From positions 576,001 through 640,000 of the forward strand of contig CAXXVL010000002.1 in the NCBI GenBank assembly GCA_963667845.2: 64,000 nt of DNA, given 5' to 3'. This DNA comes from Smithellaceae bacterium (lineage in GTDB: Bacteria > Desulfobacterota > Syntrophia > Syntrophales > Smithellaceae). A program made the position numbers and the translations under genes. Below the pieces are notes generated by a model, which saw only the letters and a list, made by a program, of their open reading frames with translations, was not told the origin of the DNA and searched no databases. Positions 61,323 to 64,000 of the stretch are shown in pieces. The stretch's first letter is position 1. Every line of letters begins with the position of its first letter.

Positions 61323-61868
61323 TTATTGAAACGTCTGAGCCTCTCTGAATGGGGTACCCATGGCATCTTTGGCAGATAGAATAGGTGTTTCTTTTGTCGG
61401 CCAGGCAATCGCCAGATCAGTGTCGTTCCAAAGGATCGTCCGTTCCTGGGCAGCTGCCCAGTAGTCTGTAGTTTTATAGAGGAATTCCGCTGTATCGGAG
61501 AGAGCTAAGAAACCGTGAGCAAAGCCTTCAGGAATCCACATTTGCCGACAATTATCAGCGGAGAGCTCGAACCCTACCCAGCGGCCGAAAGTGGGAGATG
61601 ACCGGCGAATATCCACGGCCACATCAAACACAGCGCCGCGGACAACCCGCACCAGCTTTCCCTGGGGCTGTTGAATCTGATAGTGAAGACCGCGTAAAAC
61701 GTTCTTCACGGAATGGGAATGATTATCCTGAACAAAAGATTTAGACAGACCTGTCCTTTCCTGCCATAATTTTTGATTAAAGCTTTCGAAAAAGAATCCC
61801 CGCGCATCGCCGAAGACGCGCGGTTCAAGAATCAGAACATCCGGAATATCGGTTTTAATTATATTCAT
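61323..61868 (-). CDS. rfbC: dTDP-4-dehydrorhamnose 3,5-epimerase
   Basis: FGDARGFFFE, FVQDNHS, LRGLHYQ, DVAVDIR, GFAHGF. Confidence 0.96.
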   Translation of the reverse strand: MNIIKTDIPDVLILEPRVFGDARGFFFESFNQKLWQERTGLSKSFVQDNHSHSVKNVLRGLHYQIQQPQGKLVRVVRGAVFDVAVDIRRSSPTFGRWVGFELSADNCRQMWIPEGFAHGFLALSDTAEFLYKTTDYWAAAQERTILWNDTDLAIAWPTKETPILSAKDAMGTPFREAQTFQ

Positions 61869-61873
61869 AAGTT

Positions 61874-61943
61874 TAGTGGATGGTGGCCAGTGGATAGTGA
61901 ATAGTTCATCGTTAATAGTTTATAGCTCATAGGTTAGGGGTTA
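61874..61943 (+). repeat. Ten-unit heptamer array filling the rfbA-rfbC gap
   Basis: TAGTGGA TGGTGGC CAGTGGA TAGTGAA TAGTTCA TCGTTAA TAGTTTA TAGCTCA TAGGTTA GGGGTTA. Confidence 0.92.
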
Positions 61944-62830
61944 TAAAAAGTATTTTTTTCTTTGAGAATTCTCTCCAAATAATCCCGATAGGATGATTTA
62001 GGTGTTTCTTCGATCACCTGTTTCAGCTTCTTCTTATCGACAAAGCCCATCCGATAGGCAACCTCTTCGAGGCAGGCGATCTTTAAGCCCTGGCGAGCTT
62101 CCAGCGTTCCGATGAAATGGCTGGCCTCCAGAAGACTGGTATGGGTACCCGTGTCCAGCCAGGCGATGCCGCGCCCCAGGGCAACAACGTGCAGACCGCC
62201 GCGCCTCATATATTCCACATTGACATCCGTAATTTCTAATTCACCGCGCGCCGATGGTTTCATCGCCTTGGCGATTTCAGTGATGCTCCGGTCATAAAGA
62301 TATAATCCCGGCACGGCATAATTGGATTTCGGCTTAGCCGGCTTCTCCTCGATACTGACCGCTTTTCCCATTGCGTCAAATTCCACAACGCCGTAGCGCT
62401 CCGGGTCATTGACATAATAACCGAAGATGACCGCACCGTCTTGAAAGCCCTGGACGATCTTGTGGAGGTCCATCTGACCATAAAAGATGTTATCCCCCAG
62501 GATCAGACACACGGCTTCGCCGGCTATAAATTCCTCGCCAACCAGGAACGCCTGGGCAATGCCCTTGGGCTGGGGCTGCACTTTGTAAGATAGTTTTATG
62601 CCCCAGCGGCTGCCATCGCCCAGCAGGTCTTCAAAGCGGGGCGTGTCCTGGGGAGTGGAGATGATCAGAATATCCTGTATGCCTGCCGACATCAGCGTGG
62701 CTAAAGGGTAATAGATCATCGGTTTGTCATAAACCGGCTGCAATTGTTTGCTGGCCACCAGCGTCAGCGGATAAAGCCGGCTTCCCGCGCCCCCCGCTAA
62801 AATTATTCCTTTTTTAATACCCGACATCAT
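61934..62830 (-). CDS. rfbA: Glucose-1-phosphate thymidylyltransferase
   Basis: [54 protein letters not shown]. Confidence 0.96.
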   Translation of the reverse strand: MMSGIKKGIILAGGAGSRLYPLTLVASKQLQPVYDKPMIYYPLATLMSAGIQDILIISTPQDTPRFEDLLGDGSRWGIKLSYKVQPQPKGIAQAFLVGEEFIAGEAVCLILGDNIFYGQMDLHKIVQGFQDGAVIFGYYVNDPERYGVVEFDAMGKAVSIEEKPAKPKSNYAVPGLYLYDRSITEIAKAMKPSARGELEITDVNVEYMRRGGLHVVALGRGIAWLDTGTHTSLLEASHFIGTLEARQGLKIACLEEVAYRMGFVDKKKLKQVIEETPKSSYRDYLERILKEKNTFYNP

Positions 62831-62843
62831 TTCCTCCGGAAAT

Positions 62844-62965
62844 TAGCTCGTAGCTCATGGCTCGTGGCTCATAGTTTTCTGATTAATTTCTGGCTCGTAG
62901 CTCATGGCTCGTGGCTCGTAGTTTTCTGATTAATTTCTAGCTCGTAGCTTGTAGCCAAAAGCTGA
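62844..62965 (+). repeat. TAGCTCR heptamer arrays nested in a 47-bp tandem duplication
   Basis: Units at 62844-62890 and 62891-62937 (heptamers plus TAGTTTTCTGATTAATTTC); a third partial unit from 62938. Confidence 0.93.
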
Positions 62966-62982
62966 ACGTTGTGGTCTGTCGT

Positions 62983-63369
62983 TTATAGTCCATTTTGGAC
63001 AGATTTAATAGAATTAATGAGGCTGTTTAACATTTTTGCAATTTCCGCAGCATCCGACTTCAGCTTATTGAATAATGATGCATCCATCCACTTACATCTC
63101 TGAAAAATTTCTAAAAGAGTAAGCGTTTCATAAAGTGATCCGCGAGCGATAAAAAGATACTGCACAAACTCCTTCTTTGAATATCTGCCTTTGCCTTCGG
63201 CTATGTTCATTGCCACTGATGTGCTCGCTGCCTCAAGTTGCTCAATCAATCTGTAGTGCTTTCTGCCCGTCTTTAATTCTTCCGATATATTAATGATTGC
63301 ATATGCCCAATCGACAGCCCTCTGCCATACCACAAGTTTTTCATACCCGAAATTAGCTTCATCGTCCAT
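62983..63369 (-). CDS. Four helix bundle protein (23S rRNA IVS protein / bAvd-like family)
   Basis: YEKLVVWQRA, LIEQLEAASTSVAMNIAEGKGR, FVQYLFIARGSLYE, MLNSLI. Confidence 0.92.
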   Translation of the reverse strand: MDDEANFGYEKLVVWQRAVDWAYAIINISEELKTGRKHYRLIEQLEAASTSVAMNIAEGKGRYSKKEFVQYLFIARGSLYETLTLLEIFQRCKWMDASLFNKLKSDAAEIAKMLNSLINSIKSVQNGL

Positions 63370-63407
63370 CAGTTATCACCTATCGGCTGCGAGCTATGCA
63401 CTATCTA
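63366..63407 (-). repeat. ATAGCTC-type heptamer array upstream of the four-helix-bundle gene
   Basis: Minus strand ATAGTGC ATAGCTC GCAGCCG ATAGGTG ATAACTG ATGG; runs into the start codon. Confidence 0.8.
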
Positions 63408-63478
63408 TTGCCATACATCTTCTCATAATATTACCGATAGCTGCCGTCTGTGACGGAGGCGATCCGGGCTTGATGGTC
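63401..63478 (-). pseudogene. 3' remnant of dTDP-glucose 4,6-dehydratase (rmlB/rfbB-like)
   Basis: Manual translation DHQARIASVTDGSYR*YYEKMYGNR* resembles RmlB C-termini; internal stop; expected position upstream of rfbA. Confidence 0.6.
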
Positions 63479-63502
63479 CTTCAGCAATATTGGATTGTAT
63501 GG

Positions 63503-63537
63503 ACTATCCACTATCCACTATCCACCATCCACTATTC
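63503..63537 (+). repeat. ACTATCC heptamer array x5
   Basis: ACTATCC ACTATCC ACTATCC ACCATCC ACTATTC. Confidence 0.92.
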
Positions 63538-63539
63538 TC

Positions 63540-64000
63540 TCAAATGCATTTTCTATAAACTTCAGCATACTTCTCTAACATGTTTTCTTCGGTAAAAAGC
63601 TTGGCGCGCTCGCGGGCATTATGTGAGCATTTCTCATAGAAGACAGGATCATCTTGTAGCTTTCTAATGGCAGACGCTAAAGCAACCGGATCACCTGGTG
63701 GAATGGTTATGCCGGTTATACCATCCAGACTCACAAAGGGTACACTTGACGGGAGATCAGTGTTGATCACAGGCAATCCATAAGACATGGCTTCGACCTG
63801 TACAATCCCAAAAGCTTCGCTGGCGTCGATTGACGGTAACGCAAAAATATCGGCATTCTTATACTCTATGGGAAGACGGTCATTTGATACATCCGTCAGG
63901 AAAGTAATTCGTGACTCCAGCCCCAATGTGTTGGTCAGCTGTCGCAAATTATTTAACTCTTCGCCGTTGCCGATAACGCGTAGACGCACTGCCGGTAAAT
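63540..64000 (-). CDS. Glycosyltransferase family 4 (3' part; start beyond the window)
   Basis: ADIFALPS..SEAFGIVQVEAMSYGLPVI, PGDP.AL. Confidence 0.88.
   Translation of the reverse strand, partial: LPAVRLRVIGNGEELNNLRQLTNTLGLESRITFLTDVSNDRLPIEYKNADIFALPSIDASEAFGIVQVEAMSYGLPVINTDLPSSVPFVSLDGITGITIPPGDPVALASAIRKLQDDPVFYEKCSHNARERAKLFTEENMLEKYAEVYRKCI

Noticed and set aside
62844..62965. Possible CRISPR array
   Set aside because: The units are tandem copies with identical spacers, and no cas genes are present.

Overview
This is a Gram-negative envelope-biogenesis window. Gene order and the N-terminally extended BamA suggest a Desulfobacterota/deltaproteobacterial host (inference). 1-22.5 kb, mostly + strand: suhB (partial), rodZ-like, tatA, ssb, lysS, lolE/D, bamA, skp, lpxD-lpxA-gnnA-gnnB-lpxB-msbA-lpxK-lpxL-waaF-gmhB-waaC, wzi. 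22.8-64 kb, - strand: one large Wzx/Wzy-type surface polysaccharide locus with wza, wzc, a CpsB-type phosphatase, an SLBB protein, rfbA/rfbC, Wbp-like diamino-uronate genes, a nonulosonate module, an MBOAT pair, glycosyltransferases, an EPS-associated MarR and a Phd-RelE toxin-antitoxin pair. The most unusual signal is a system of degenerate 7-bp tandem arrays in several sequence families. They sit at many gene junctions and also lie in frame inside several enzyme genes. Each of three four-helix-bundle (IVS/Avd-like) genes, two intact and one decayed remnant missed by the ORF track, is bracketed by inverted arrays of its own heptamer family. Also seen: a remnant of rmlB, a diverged duplicate of a gene 3' end, GTCA-tagged palindromic repeats and a shared 22-bp leader motif. 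No rRNA, tRNA, CRISPR, transposase, integrase or reverse transcriptase was recognised. All assignments are from motif recognition by eye; no searches were run.
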